Of a stretch of 64,000 nucleotides of DNA, positions 50,277 to 59,988 are shown piece after piece. Source of the stretch: Minisyncoccota bacterium (lineage in GTDB: Bacteria; Patescibacteriota; Minisyncoccia; Minisyncoccales; GCA-002788555); assembly GCA_028716825.1 (NCBI GenBank), contig JAQUPA010000001.1:13071-77070 (forward strand). The letters run 5' to 3'. Under the pieces are notes generated by a model. The model did no database searches. It had not been told where the DNA came from and saw only the letters and a program-made list of their open reading frames with translations. The translations under genes were made by a program, and so were the position numbers. Every line of letters starts with the position of its first letter. Position 1 is the stretch's first letter.

Positions 50277-51393
50277 CCTTCCCTTCTTTTAATTCTTTAA
50301 AAACTTTTTTAATATCTTTATCGTAAATATTTCTTCCTCCAAGACCAAAGACATATTTTTGCATTGGGATTTTATTTCCAAGTGCTTGTTTTATCTCTGC
50401 ATAAAGCGGGGGATTAGCTCCAAAAGAAAGGGACCTATCAAGAACTGCTATTGCTTTCTTGCCAGTTAAAGCTTTTTTTATTTCTTCGTATGGGAAAGGC
50501 CTGAAAATACGTGGTTTTAAAAGTCCTACTTTTTCTCCCTTTTTTCTTAATTTATCTATTTGTGCTTTTGCAGTTCCTGCAGTGGAGGACATTACAACAA
50601 TTGCATATTCTGCATCATCAAGCTGGTATTTTTCAAAATAATTATAGCTATTTCCCGTTATCTTTTTTAACTCTTCTCCTTCTTTTACTAAAATTTCTCT
50701 TGCATTTTCCATTGCTTCTTCCTGTGAAATTTTGAATTCAAAATATGAATCTGGCATTGAAAAAGGACCTACTAATGTTGGATTTTTAATATCAAGCAGA
50801 TTATAAGGCGGTTTATAACTTCCAAGAAAGTTTTTTATTACGCTATCTTCAAATAATTTTACCCTTTCTATTTGGTGAGTTGTTATAAAGCCGTCAATCA
50901 TTACCATGGCTGGCAATAAAACATTTTCATTTTTTGCAACTTTAAACGCCAAAATTAAATTTTCGTAAAATTCCTGAGCGCTTTCTGCATATATTTGAAT
51001 CCACCCAGAATCTCTTACCATCATTGTATCTGAATGATCGCAGTGAATGTTAATTGGAGCGGATAAGGCCCTGTTTGCAACTGGCATTAGGATTGGTAGG
51101 CGAAGACCCGAGGCGACATAAACAATTTCTGACATTAAAGCAAGACCTTGAGAAGAGGTTGCTGTCGCAGTTTTTACTCCCGCTGCCGCTGCACCCACTG
51201 CCGCTGACATTGCAGAGTGCTCGGATTCTACATTAATAAGCTCAGCGTCTGAATCTCCGTTTGCTACTATTTTTGCAAAGCCTTCTGCAATCGGAGATTG
51301 GGGAGTTATGGGATATACTGGAAAAACTTCAATTCCAATTTGACGCAAAGCCTCAGCACCAGCTTGTGCTCCAGATAAAGGTTTAATATTCAT
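50248..51393 (-). CDS. porA: 2-oxoacid:ferredoxin oxidoreductase alpha subunit
   Basis: 381 aa with a transketolase-like fold. Overlaps porB. Confidence 0.8.
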   Translation of the reverse strand: MNIKPLSGAQAGAEALRQIGIEVFPVYPITPQSPIAEGFAKIVANGDSDAELINVESEHSAMSAAVGAAAAGVKTATATSSQGLALMSEIVYVASGLRLPILMPVANRALSAPINIHCDHSDTMMVRDSGWIQIYAESAQEFYENLILAFKVAKNENVLLPAMVMIDGFITTHQIERVKLFEDSVIKNFLGSYKPPYNLLDIKNPTLVGPFSMPDSYFEFKISQEEAMENAREILVKEGEELKKITGNSYNYFEKYQLDDAEYAIVVMSSTAGTAKAQIDKLRKKGEKVGLLKPRIFRPFPYEEIKKALTGKKAIAVLDRSLSFGANPPLYAEIKQALGNKIPMQKYVFGLGGRNIYDKDIKKVFKELKEGKVDNKIKWIK

Positions 51394-51447
51394 AAATATG
51401 TTAAATGTTAAATCCTATAACTTAAAACTAAATCTTAAATGTTAAAT
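51394..51447. repeat. AT-rich repeat (AAATGTTAAATC units) flanking the four-helix-bundle gene, left arm
   Basis: TGTTAAATCCTATAACTTAAAACTAAATCTTAAATGTTAAATC is about 85% identical to 60880-60923. Confidence 0.6.
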
Positions 51448-51810
51448 CTATTTTTTGCCTCTTATAGTTATTAAGCTCGAGGCGATCATCTTGCTAATTT
51501 CGTTTGATTCTTTTATTAATGGTTCTAATTTTTTCTCAGTTATTAATTTACCATCTCTTAGAAGACAAAGCCAGTAAATTGTCTCGTTACAGCTTCTTAG
51601 AGCAATTTCGTAAAATCTTGAAAAATCTTTCTTAGAGCTTGCAGATTTTGCTTCAATTAAATTTGCTCCTATTGATGTAGCACTCCTCAATAATTGATCT
51701 GTAAAAATTAAATAAACTTTGTTTTTGGGAAAATCTTTTACAAAATTGATAATATCCAATGAAAATTTGTATGATCGGTAACGAATATTATTAGATTTCG
51801 GATTTGACAT
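51448..51810 (-). CDS. four-helix-bundle protein (23S rRNA intervening-sequence protein family)
   Basis: FPKNKVYLIFTDQLLRSATSIGANLIEAKSASSKKDFSRFYEIALRSCNETIYWLCLL matches the family pattern (FPK.E.Y.L..Q..RAA.SI..NIAEG..R.S.K.F..F..IA.GS..E). Confidence 0.75.
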   Translation of the reverse strand: MSNPKSNNIRYRSYKFSLDIINFVKDFPKNKVYLIFTDQLLRSATSIGANLIEAKSASSKKDFSRFYEIALRSCNETIYWLCLLRDGKLITEKKLEPLIKESNEISKMIASSLITIRGKK

Positions 51811-51842
51811 GTGGATATTGGATATAGGATTTGAGTTCTGAG
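51811..51842. repeat. AT-rich repeat, right arm (GGATATTGGATATAGGATTTGAG)
   Basis: Inverted orientation relative to the left arm. Confidence 0.45.
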
Positions 51843-52100
51843 TTATTCTTCAATCATTTTAATTGCTCCAGCGGGACATTTTTCAGAGCAAATTCCGCAG
51901 CCCTTGCAAAAGTCAGGATTAAATTTTATCTCATTTTTTTCTTTATCCAAAGAAAGGGAATTTTCAGGACAGGATTTTACGCATTGTTGGCAACGGATGC
52001 ATTTTTCATTGTCTATTTCCGGTCTTTGCGATTTCCAGGAACCTGTTTTGAATTTTTTGCTTGTGCCTGCTGGCAAAATTGGTAAATTTGGTTTTTCCAT
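51843..52100 (-). CDS. porD: 2-oxoacid:ferredoxin oxidoreductase delta subunit (2x[4Fe-4S] ferredoxin)
   Basis: CIRCQQCVKSCP and CKGCGICSEKCP. Confidence 0.8.
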   Translation of the reverse strand: MEKPNLPILPAGTSKKFKTGSWKSQRPEIDNEKCIRCQQCVKSCPENSLSLDKEKNEIKFNPDFCKGCGICSEKCPAGAIKMIEE

Positions 52101-52103
52101 ATT

Positions 52104-52493
52104 TTATTTTACAGCTTTAAAGATTTTTTTTCGATCTAAAAGCAGAAAGGTAATGGGAATAAGATATATAACTAAAAAAGATAGTAAGATAATTTTTATA
52201 GCTATAGAATTTTTTAAATAGTCTTTTAATATATAGAAGAAGTTCAATAAAAGAAATAACCCTATTGTTAGAACATAAAATAATGTTCCATACCACGCTA
52301 TTTTTTTCTTTTTTAATAAGAAAATACCACAAATTAAAGATATAATAAAATAAATAAGGCCCGCGATTATTGTTAATTCTCCTTTTAAAATTAAGGCAAG
52401 GAAAAAAAATCCATATATTATAGTTATCCACGCGGCAATTTTTGTTTTTATCGGTAAAGGATTTTCAGATTTTTTTATTTTTTGTTTTTCCAT
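52104..52493 (-). CDS. small polytopic membrane protein
   Basis: 129 aa with four hydrophobic helices. Confidence 0.45.
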   Translation of the reverse strand: MEKQKIKKSENPLPIKTKIAAWITIIYGFFFLALILKGELTIIAGLIYFIISLICGIFLLKKKKIAWYGTLFYVLTIGLFLLLNFFYILKDYLKNSIAIKIILLSFLVIYLIPITFLLLDRKKIFKAVK

Positions 52494-52547
52494 TTTTTAG
52501 ATTTCTTTACCCCGTTAAATCCCGCGGAGCGGGAACTGCTAAAACAA

Positions 52548-53162
52548 TTATTTAATGGGGTGAATTTGGTTATAACCCTTCTCAAGGGCTTTTATATTTT
52601 TTTCTAATATATCTTCTGGCAGAAATGAAAATTTTTCTTTAACTTCTTCTTTTATTGTATCAAGATCCAAAACATTTGTTGCCTTTAATATAGATCCAAG
52701 CATAGGAACGTTTGGAAGGTTTTTTTGGAAAAGGTCAAAAGAAATTTTTGTCGCGTCCACAACAAAAATTTTATATTTTCCGAAATTTTCTTTGATTTTT
52801 TCCTCTGGCATTGAAGAATTAAAAACTAAAATACCTTTTTCTTTGAGTCCATCTGTAAAATTAACAAGCCCAATTAAGGTATCGTCCAAAACTACAACAA
52901 CATCAGGATCTATTATTGGCTGGTTGCTTTTTATTTCCTCATTAGATATTTTTGTATAGTATTGGACAGGAGCGCCGGTTCTCTCGGGGCCGAATTCAGG
53001 GAAACTTTTTGCATATTTATCTGATCTTATTGCCCCGGTAGCTAAAATCTCAGCTGCGGTTTTACCACCCTGTCCTCCTCTTCCATGTATTCTTATTTGG
53101 AGCATAAATATAATTCTGATATAATGATTTATAATTTTAATATTTAAAAAGTCGCAAGTCAA
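52548..53162 (-). CDS. porG: 2-oxoacid:ferredoxin oxidoreductase gamma subunit
   Basis: HGRGGQGGKTAAEILA, as at the POR gamma N-terminus. Confidence 0.8.
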   Translation of the reverse strand: MTCDFLNIKIINHYIRIIFMLQIRIHGRGGQGGKTAAEILATGAIRSDKYAKSFPEFGPERTGAPVQYYTKISNEEIKSNQPIIDPDVVVVLDDTLIGLVNFTDGLKEKGILVFNSSMPEEKIKENFGKYKIFVVDATKISFDLFQKNLPNVPMLGSILKATNVLDLDTIKEEVKEKFSFLPEDILEKNIKALEKGYNQIHPIK

Positions 53163-53192
53163 ACCTTAATTTTAAATAATAAACAAAAAAAT

Positions 53193-55139
53193 ATGTTAAC
53201 AAAGAAGGGCGGTCTCTATTTTCCAAGTTCTGATTTTAAAAAAAGAGCGATTATCAAAAACAAAGAAATTTATAAAAAGTCATTAAAAAATCCGATTAAA
53301 TTTTGGGAAGAAGCAGCAAATGAAATTTTATGGCAGAAAAAATGGAATAAAACTTTCTCGCACAAGCCCCCTTATTTTAGCTGGTTCTCGGGCGGGAAAT
53401 TAAACATTACAGAAAATGCACTGGATAGAAATCTTGCAGAAAGAAGAAATAAGGTTGCATTAATCTGGGAGCCCGAGCCCTTTGAAGAAACACCAAGAAT
53501 TCTTACTTATTATGAACTTTATAGGGCGGTAAACAGGTGCGCCAATGCCTTAAGAAAAATGGGGGTTAAGAAGGGAGATAGGGTTGGAATTTATTTGCCA
53601 ATGATACCCGAGGTTTTAATTTCAATGCTTGCTTGCGCAAGAATTGGAGCTGTACACACAGTTGTTTTTTCGGCTTTTTCCTCCCAGGCCTTACAGGTGA
53701 GATTACAAGACACAGGAGCGAAGTTATTAATTACCGCTGATGGATATTATAGATCAGGCCAAGTTATAGATTTAAAAAAGAATGCTGATGAAGGAATTAA
53801 AAAAACAAAAGTTAAAAAAGTAATAGTAGTAAAAAGAGCAGGCAATAATGTTTCTATAAAGAAAGGAAAAGATTATTGGTGGAAGGATCTTATGAAAGGG
53901 GAGAGTGACTATTGCGAACCGGTTCAAATGGATAGCGAGGATTTGCAGTTTATTCTTTATACTTCAGGTTCAACCGGTAAGCCAAAAGGAATAGTTCATA
54001 CTTGCGGTGGCTTTACCGTTCAGGCTTATCTTACTTCAAAATTGATTTTTGACCTAAGGGATGATGATATTTTTTGGTCAACAGCAGACATTGGCTGGAT
54101 TACAGGGCATACATATTCATGCTATGGACCGTTATTAAATGGTGCAACTTTTGTTTTATTTGAAGGTTTGCCCAACTGGCCTTATCCAGAAAGGTGGTGT
54201 GATGTGATTGAAGAGCATGGAGTTACAACTTTCTATACTGCTCCTACCGCAATAAGAATGTTTCAGAAACAAATAAAAAAGATAAAACAAAAATTACAAA
54301 CTCTGCAAATTATAGTTTCAGTAGGTGAACCAATTAACGAAAAGGCATGGAATTGGTATTTTGAAGAAGTTGGCAAGAAGAATTGTCCTTTACTTGATAC
54401 TTGGTGGCAGACAGAGACAGGTGGAATTTTAGTAACTTCTTTACCGGGCATTGGACCCTTCAAGCCCACCTTTACAGGACTTCCATTGCCAGGCGTTAAA
54501 ATTGATATTTTAGACGATAAAGGAAAATCTTTACCCAAAAACAAAGAGGGTAATCTTGTTATCTTACCGCCCTTTACACCAGGTATGTTGCGAGGAGTTT
54601 ATAAGAATCACAAAAAATATGTTGAAACTTATTGGGCAGAGTATGGAGATAAAATTTACTTTACAAGCGATGGAGCGTATCGTGACAAAGATGGTCTTGT
54701 GAGAATTGTTGGCAGAGTGGATGATGTTATTAAGGTTGCAGGACATAGAGTCTCAACCGGAGAGATAGAAAATGCGATTACAAAAAACAAACACTTTATT
54801 GAATGTGCGGTTGTGGGTATGCCAGACGAGATTAAAGGTGAGGTTCCTGTAGCATTTGTTGTTTTATCCTCCAAGGGCGGACCAGCCTTGGGCTGGAAAG
54901 ATATAAAGGTGAGTGAAGAACTTAAAAAGGAAGTTACGGGCGAGGTAATGAAAAGTATTGGTCCTATCTCGCTGCCCAAAGAAATTTATTTTGTTCCTGA
55001 TTTGCCAAAAACAAGGAGCGGTAAAATAATGAGAAGAATTCTAAAGAGATTTTTTACAGGCGAGGAACTTGGAGATCTTTCAACTCTTGCAAATCCAGAA
55101 ATTGTTGCCACCATTAAAAAAATTGTCGGGATTAAATAA
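53193..55139 (+). CDS. acs: acetyl-CoA synthetase (AMP-forming)
   Basis: YTSGSTGKPKG, and 648 aa in length. Confidence 0.9.
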   Translation: MLTKKGGLYFPSSDFKKRAIIKNKEIYKKSLKNPIKFWEEAANEILWQKKWNKTFSHKPPYFSWFSGGKLNITENALDRNLAERRNKVALIWEPEPFEETPRILTYYELYRAVNRCANALRKMGVKKGDRVGIYLPMIPEVLISMLACARIGAVHTVVFSAFSSQALQVRLQDTGAKLLITADGYYRSGQVIDLKKNADEGIKKTKVKKVIVVKRAGNNVSIKKGKDYWWKDLMKGESDYCEPVQMDSEDLQFILYTSGSTGKPKGIVHTCGGFTVQAYLTSKLIFDLRDDDIFWSTADIGWITGHTYSCYGPLLNGATFVLFEGLPNWPYPERWCDVIEEHGVTTFYTAPTAIRMFQKQIKKIKQKLQTLQIIVSVGEPINEKAWNWYFEEVGKKNCPLLDTWWQTETGGILVTSLPGIGPFKPTFTGLPLPGVKIDILDDKGKSLPKNKEGNLVILPPFTPGMLRGVYKNHKKYVETYWAEYGDKIYFTSDGAYRDKDGLVRIVGRVDDVIKVAGHRVSTGEIENAITKNKHFIECAVVGMPDEIKGEVPVAFVVLSSKGGPALGWKDIKVSEELKKEVTGEVMKSIGPISLPKEIYFVPDLPKTRSGKIMRRILKRFFTGEELGDLSTLANPEIVATIKKIVGIK

Positions 55140-55143
55140 TTTT

Positions 55144-55692
55144 ATGATTTTCCCTCCAGAGTTTTTAGTTTTTCTTTTAGCGATGGCGCCAATTTCGGAA
55201 CTTAGAGGAGCTATTCCAACTGGCGTTGCAATTTTTGGTCTTTCTTTTTGGAAAGTTTTTTGCATTGCTTTTTTTGGAAATTTAATTCCCGTTGCCTTGA
55301 TCTTATTATTTTTAGAACCTGTTTCTAAATTTTTGCGAAAGAATTCAAAGTTTTTTGATAGATTTTTCAATTGGCTTTTTGAAAAAACTAGAAAAAAAGT
55401 TTCCCCCAAAATTAAAAATTACGAGAAGTTAGGGCTTACTTTGTTTGTCGCAATACCACTTCCAATAACTGGTGGTTGGACAGGAGCGGTCGCTGCTTTT
55501 TTATTAGGGTTACCTTTTAAAGTCGCTTTTCCTTTGATTACAATTGGCGTTTTTATAGCAGGTGTTATTGTTTCTATATTAACTTTGTCAGGCGTTGCTA
55601 TTGGAGAAGTTTTTGGATGGGTTACTTTTGTTCTAGCTATTTTGGTTATCTTATTTTTTTATTTTTTGTATAAGTTAATAACAAAGAAATAG
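55144..55692 (+). CDS. polytopic membrane protein (COG2426-like)
   Basis: ATG 55144 is preferred. Four to five TM helices. Confidence 0.5.
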   Translation: MIFPPEFLVFLLAMAPISELRGAIPTGVAIFGLSFWKVFCIAFFGNLIPVALILLFLEPVSKFLRKNSKFFDRFFNWLFEKTRKKVSPKIKNYEKLGLTLFVAIPLPITGGWTGAVAAFLLGLPFKVAFPLITIGVFIAGVIVSILTLSGVAIGEVFGWVTFVLAILVILFFYFLYKLITKK

Positions 55693-55697
55693 TAAAA

Positions 55698-56825
55698 ATG
55701 AAAATTTGTTTTGTTTCTGCTCATCCAATGACATATCCCGGGGGCGTTCAAAATCATATTTTAGCTTTAAAAAAAGAATATGAAAAAAGAGGGCATGAAG
55801 TAAAAATAATTTATGCCAAAGATAAATCATCTAAGAATGGAAAGAAAGACGAAATTTTATTTGGTAGGTCAGTTTATCTTCCTGGTAATGCTTCAAAAGC
55901 GAATCTAAGCTTAGAGTTTAACACCAGAAATATTAAAAAAAACTTAGAAAAAGAGGATTTTGATGTTTTACATTTTCAAAACTTTGGGATTTTTTTGCCT
56001 TGGCAGGTATTAAGGGCTTCAAGAAAAATAAAAGGAAAAAGGGCTTTGAACGTTTTAACTTTGCATGCTTTTTGGGATGCTTCAAGAATGCTCAAGATAT
56101 TATCAGGATTTTTTAGTAGTTATTTTTTGCCAAAGTTTGACGCGTTAATTACTGTATCTGAGCCAGTTTCAAAGCAAATAAGGTATAATGGTATATCTGA
56201 AATTATACCAAACGGCATCGACCTTAAAAATTTTTCTCCAGAGGGCGAGAAAATAAAAAAATTCTGCGATGATAAAATAAACATTCTTTTTGTTGGCAGA
56301 ATTGAAGAGAGGAAGGGATTGATTTATCTTTTAAAAGCTTTTGAAATTTTGAAAGCAAAATATAAAGACATAAGATTAATAGTTGTGGGTGATGGTTTTG
56401 ATAGGAAAAAAATGGAGAGATTTGCAGAGTATAGAAAAATTCAGGATGTTTTTTTTGAGGGCGAGGCTACAAACGAAGAGTTACCAAGATATTACAGGAC
56501 AGCTGATATTTGTTGTTTTCCTGCGATATTCGGAGAAGCTTTTGGAATAGTTTTACTTGAGGCTATGGCCTCAGGAAAACCGGTAGTGGCTTTTTCCAAT
56601 GCGGGCTATAAAGAAGTTTTAGTTGCAAAAGGAAAGGATTTTCTTGTAGAACCAAAGAATATTAAAGGATTATCAGAAAAGTTAGAGAGATTAATTCAGA
56701 ATAAAGAATTAAGAGAAAGCCTTGGTAATTGGGGTAGAATAGAGGCGGAGAAATATTCCTGGCTCAAGATTGCCTCTAAATCTTTAAATTTTTATGATAA
56801 GGTGATAAAATCAAAATCACAATAA
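55698..56825 (+). CDS. glycosyltransferase family 4
   Basis: EAFGIVLLEAMASGKPVVA. Confidence 0.8.
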   Translation: MKICFVSAHPMTYPGGVQNHILALKKEYEKRGHEVKIIYAKDKSSKNGKKDEILFGRSVYLPGNASKANLSLEFNTRNIKKNLEKEDFDVLHFQNFGIFLPWQVLRASRKIKGKRALNVLTLHAFWDASRMLKILSGFFSSYFLPKFDALITVSEPVSKQIRYNGISEIIPNGIDLKNFSPEGEKIKKFCDDKINILFVGRIEERKGLIYLLKAFEILKAKYKDIRLIVVGDGFDRKKMERFAEYRKIQDVFFEGEATNEELPRYYRTADICCFPAIFGEAFGIVLLEAMASGKPVVAFSNAGYKEVLVAKGKDFLVEPKNIKGLSEKLERLIQNKELRESLGNWGRIEAEKYSWLKIASKSLNFYDKVIKSKSQ

Positions 56826-56832
56826 AATTTTT

Positions 56833-58626
56833 ATGGATAATATTACAAAAAAAGAGTTAAGGAAGATGATATTTTTTTCCCAGGAAAGAATTGAAAAAAA
56901 CAAAGAAAAAATTAACAAGATTAATGTTTTTCCCGTACCGGATCAGGACACGGGTGGCAACTTAGCAAAGACGCTTGGAGGAATTAAAGAATCAATTGAA
57001 AATAAAAAATTTAAAGATTTAGATGAACTTGCAAATGCCGCACTTGATGGTGCGCTTGAGGCAGCTCAAGGGAATGCCGGTGTAATTTATACCGGATTTT
57101 TGGCCGGATTTTTGCCGGCTTTTCAGAACAGAAATCCAATCAATGCTGAAAAATTATCAACAGCCATGAGAGAAGGAGCCATTAAAGCGAGGCAGTCAAT
57201 TCAAGATCCAAAAGACGGCACAATTCTTGATGTAATTGACGCTGCCGCAGAGACCATTGAAAAAGAATCAAAGAAAGATAAAGACATAGTATCTCTTTTT
57301 AAGAAGGCAACAAAAATGGCAAATGAAGCTTTACTTGCGACCCGTGATAAAATGGAAGTTTTTAAAAAAGCAAATGTAGTTGATGCAGGTGGACTTGGAT
57401 ATCTTATAATACTTGAAAGCTATGTTGATGCTCTTGAGGGTAGCGAGCTTAGAGAAGAAGAAGAGAGATCGTCCGAAAAAGTAAGAAAGTTTGTACAAAC
57501 AATCTCTTTTAGGTACGAAGTTGTTTTTTTAATTAAGAACCAGAGAATAAAAAGAGAAGAATTAGCAAATAGGCTTGAAAAAATTGGTGATTCCATTGAA
57601 ATTTTGGAAGTACAAGACAAAACAAAAGTTCATGTTCATACTGATGATCCGGATGAAGTAAAGAAAATAGCAAGGGATGCGGGAGAAATTCAGAACTTAA
57701 GAACAGAAGACATAGCAAAGGAAGTTGCAGGAGAGATTTCCGTAAAAGAAAGTTCGATTGGTATTGTTGTTGAAGAAACTTCTGATATGCCACAAAAGAT
57801 AATTGATAAATACAGGCTTGGTTTTGTAAATCACATTATAGATTGGCCAGAGGGAGAAAAATTATCTGGAGATAATATTTATCAAAAAATGAGAGAAGCT
57901 GACAAAAAAGGAATTAAGTCTCTTCCAAAAACATCTCAGGCTTCTCCTAAAAAATTTCGGGATATTTTTCAGAAGGAGTTTAAAAAATTGCCAAAAAACG
58001 CAGAAATTATTTCGATTTCACTATCCTCAAAGCTCTCGGGCGCATTTAATTCTGCTAATCAAGCAAAACAAATAATGCCAAATCCCGCAAAGGTTTTCAT
58101 TTTTGATTCTTTAAATGTTAGTGCGGGGCTTGCTCTTTTTATTTTAAGAGCGATAGAGCTAAACGGAGAAAAAAGAGATTGTGGCGAAATTATAAAGAAA
58201 CTAAAAAATTTAATTCCCAATATTTATTTGTATGGCGTTGTTGAAGATCCGAAATGGTTAGAATCTGGCGGGAGAATGAGTCATTCTCAGGCTGTTTGGG
58301 TAAAAAGAATGCAAAAAATAGGTATTCGTCCTTTAATCACGGTGAAGAAAGGAAAGATTGAAAAAGGAGGAATTTGTTTTGGAGTTAAGGATTTATCAAC
58401 AGCTGTTTTTAAGAAAATAAAAAGAACCTCAAGAAAAGCAAGAAGTTCGGGTAAGAAGATAAGAGTAATCATTAATCACTGCGATAACAAAGAAGAGGCA
58501 GAAAAGTTGAGGAAGAAACTAAAAGAGATTAAAGCAGAAGTTCCGTATATAAATTTGGTAAGTCCTGTTATCGGGGTTCATGTAGGACCGGGTACTTTAA
58601 TTGCTGCATGGACAATCATTAATTAA
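56833..58626 (+). CDS. DAK2-domain fatty-acid kinase subunit (FakA-like) with a C-terminal DegV-like domain
   Basis: DAK2 motif VFPVPDQDTGGNL. C-terminal SSKLSGAFNSANQAK. Confidence 0.7.
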   Translation: MDNITKKELRKMIFFSQERIEKNKEKINKINVFPVPDQDTGGNLAKTLGGIKESIENKKFKDLDELANAALDGALEAAQGNAGVIYTGFLAGFLPAFQNRNPINAEKLSTAMREGAIKARQSIQDPKDGTILDVIDAAAETIEKESKKDKDIVSLFKKATKMANEALLATRDKMEVFKKANVVDAGGLGYLIILESYVDALEGSELREEEERSSEKVRKFVQTISFRYEVVFLIKNQRIKREELANRLEKIGDSIEILEVQDKTKVHVHTDDPDEVKKIARDAGEIQNLRTEDIAKEVAGEISVKESSIGIVVEETSDMPQKIIDKYRLGFVNHIIDWPEGEKLSGDNIYQKMREADKKGIKSLPKTSQASPKKFRDIFQKEFKKLPKNAEIISISLSSKLSGAFNSANQAKQIMPNPAKVFIFDSLNVSAGLALFILRAIELNGEKRDCGEIIKKLKNLIPNIYLYGVVEDPKWLESGGRMSHSQAVWVKRMQKIGIRPLITVKKGKIEKGGICFGVKDLSTAVFKKIKRTSRKARSSGKKIRVIINHCDNKEEAEKLRKKLKEIKAEVPYINLVSPVIGVHVGPGTLIAAWTIIN

Positions 58627-58631
58627 AAATT

Positions 58632-59333
58632 ATGAAAAGCAAAATAAATCACATTGTAATTATCCCAGACGGCAACAGAAGGTGGGCAAGGAGGAGAGGT
58701 ATTTCGCCGCAAAGAGGTCACAGGAGAGGCATTAAAACGTTAGAGAAAATTTTAGAGAAAGCCAGAGATATGGGCATTAAATATTTTACTTTCTGGACCG
58801 CTTCCTGGGATAATTTAACTAAGAGGTCGGAGAAAGAAATTGATTATTTATTTAATGTTTTGGAAGAGCAATTTAGAAGAGTGCTTGATGATGAAAGGAC
58901 TTTTCAAAATAAAGTAAGGGTTAATGTTTTTGGCAGATGGATAGACATTACCCCAGGGAAAACTCAAGCAGTAATAAAAGAACTTATAGCAAAAACCCGT
59001 ACCTTCAACAAACATGTTCTAACTTTCCTCCTAGCTTACAATGGAACAGATGAAATGATAAACTGCGTAGAAGAGATATCAAAGAAAGGTATAAAAAAAA
59101 TAAACAAAGATACAATAAAAAACCATCTTTGGACAAAAGATCTTCCACCGGTAGATCTTGTAATACGCACAGGATGTGAAGAAGATCCACACATGTCAGC
59201 AGGATTTATGATGTGGGATACAGCATACTCCCAGCTTTACTTTACAAAAACCCTTTTTCCTGCATTCACCCCAAAAGAGTTTGAGAAAATCATAAAGAAC
59301 TTCTCAAAAAGAGAAAGGAGGATGGGGAAGTAG
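58632..59333 (+). CDS. uppS: undecaprenyl-diphosphate synthase
   Basis: HIVIIPDGNRRWA. Confidence 0.9.
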   Translation: MKSKINHIVIIPDGNRRWARRRGISPQRGHRRGIKTLEKILEKARDMGIKYFTFWTASWDNLTKRSEKEIDYLFNVLEEQFRRVLDDERTFQNKVRVNVFGRWIDITPGKTQAVIKELIAKTRTFNKHVLTFLLAYNGTDEMINCVEEISKKGIKKINKDTIKNHLWTKDLPPVDLVIRTGCEEDPHMSAGFMMWDTAYSQLYFTKTLFPAFTPKEFEKIIKNFSKRERRMGK

Positions 59334-59358
59334 AGAGAGTTAATAACAAACAAAAAAC

Positions 59359-59988
59359 ATGATTGAAATAATTTATTTATTTATAATTTTTTTATTATCG
59401 TATTTTATCGGTTCTTTCCCGACGGCTTATTTTGTGACAAAGAAATTTACAGACAAGGATATAAGAAAAGAGGGAACTGGTAATGTTGGGGCTATGAACA
59501 CTTCCAGAGCTACAGGGAAGTTTTATTTATTCTTTTTAGTTCTTCTGGGAGATGTTTTAAAAGGAGCATTGCCTGTATATATTGTTAAAAATTTAAATCT
59601 TGGCGATTATTCTATTTTAGCAATCACTTTTTGTGGTTTTGGTGTTGTTTTGGGTCACTGTTATTCTGCTTATTTTAAAATCAAAGATGGAAGTTTCGCG
59701 GGCGGGAAAGCAATTGCTTCAATGAGCGGGATTTTGGGTGTTTTGAATTTTTATTATTTATTTTTACCCTGGGTTTCTGTTTGTATTCTCTATATAATTT
59801 TTTCGGGCTATTTATTTTTGGGTCAGTTTATGGCTAATTTATTTTTACCAATTATAAGCTATATTTTAGTTCCTCAATATTTTTGGTTATGTTTTTTGTC
59901 TGCGATTCCGATTTTCTTTAAGCAAAAATCAAGATTTATCCCAATGTTAAAAGGGAGAGAACCTAAATGGTATTGGAAAAAAAGATAA
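59359..59988 (+). CDS. plsY: glycerol-3-phosphate acyltransferase PlsY
   Basis: GTGNVGAMN motif. Polytopic. Confidence 0.8.
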   Translation: MIEIIYLFIIFLLSYFIGSFPTAYFVTKKFTDKDIRKEGTGNVGAMNTSRATGKFYLFFLVLLGDVLKGALPVYIVKNLNLGDYSILAITFCGFGVVLGHCYSAYFKIKDGSFAGGKAIASMSGILGVLNFYYLFLPWVSVCILYIIFSGYLFLGQFMANLFLPIISYILVPQYFWLCFLSAIPIFFKQKSRFIPMLKGREPKWYWKKR

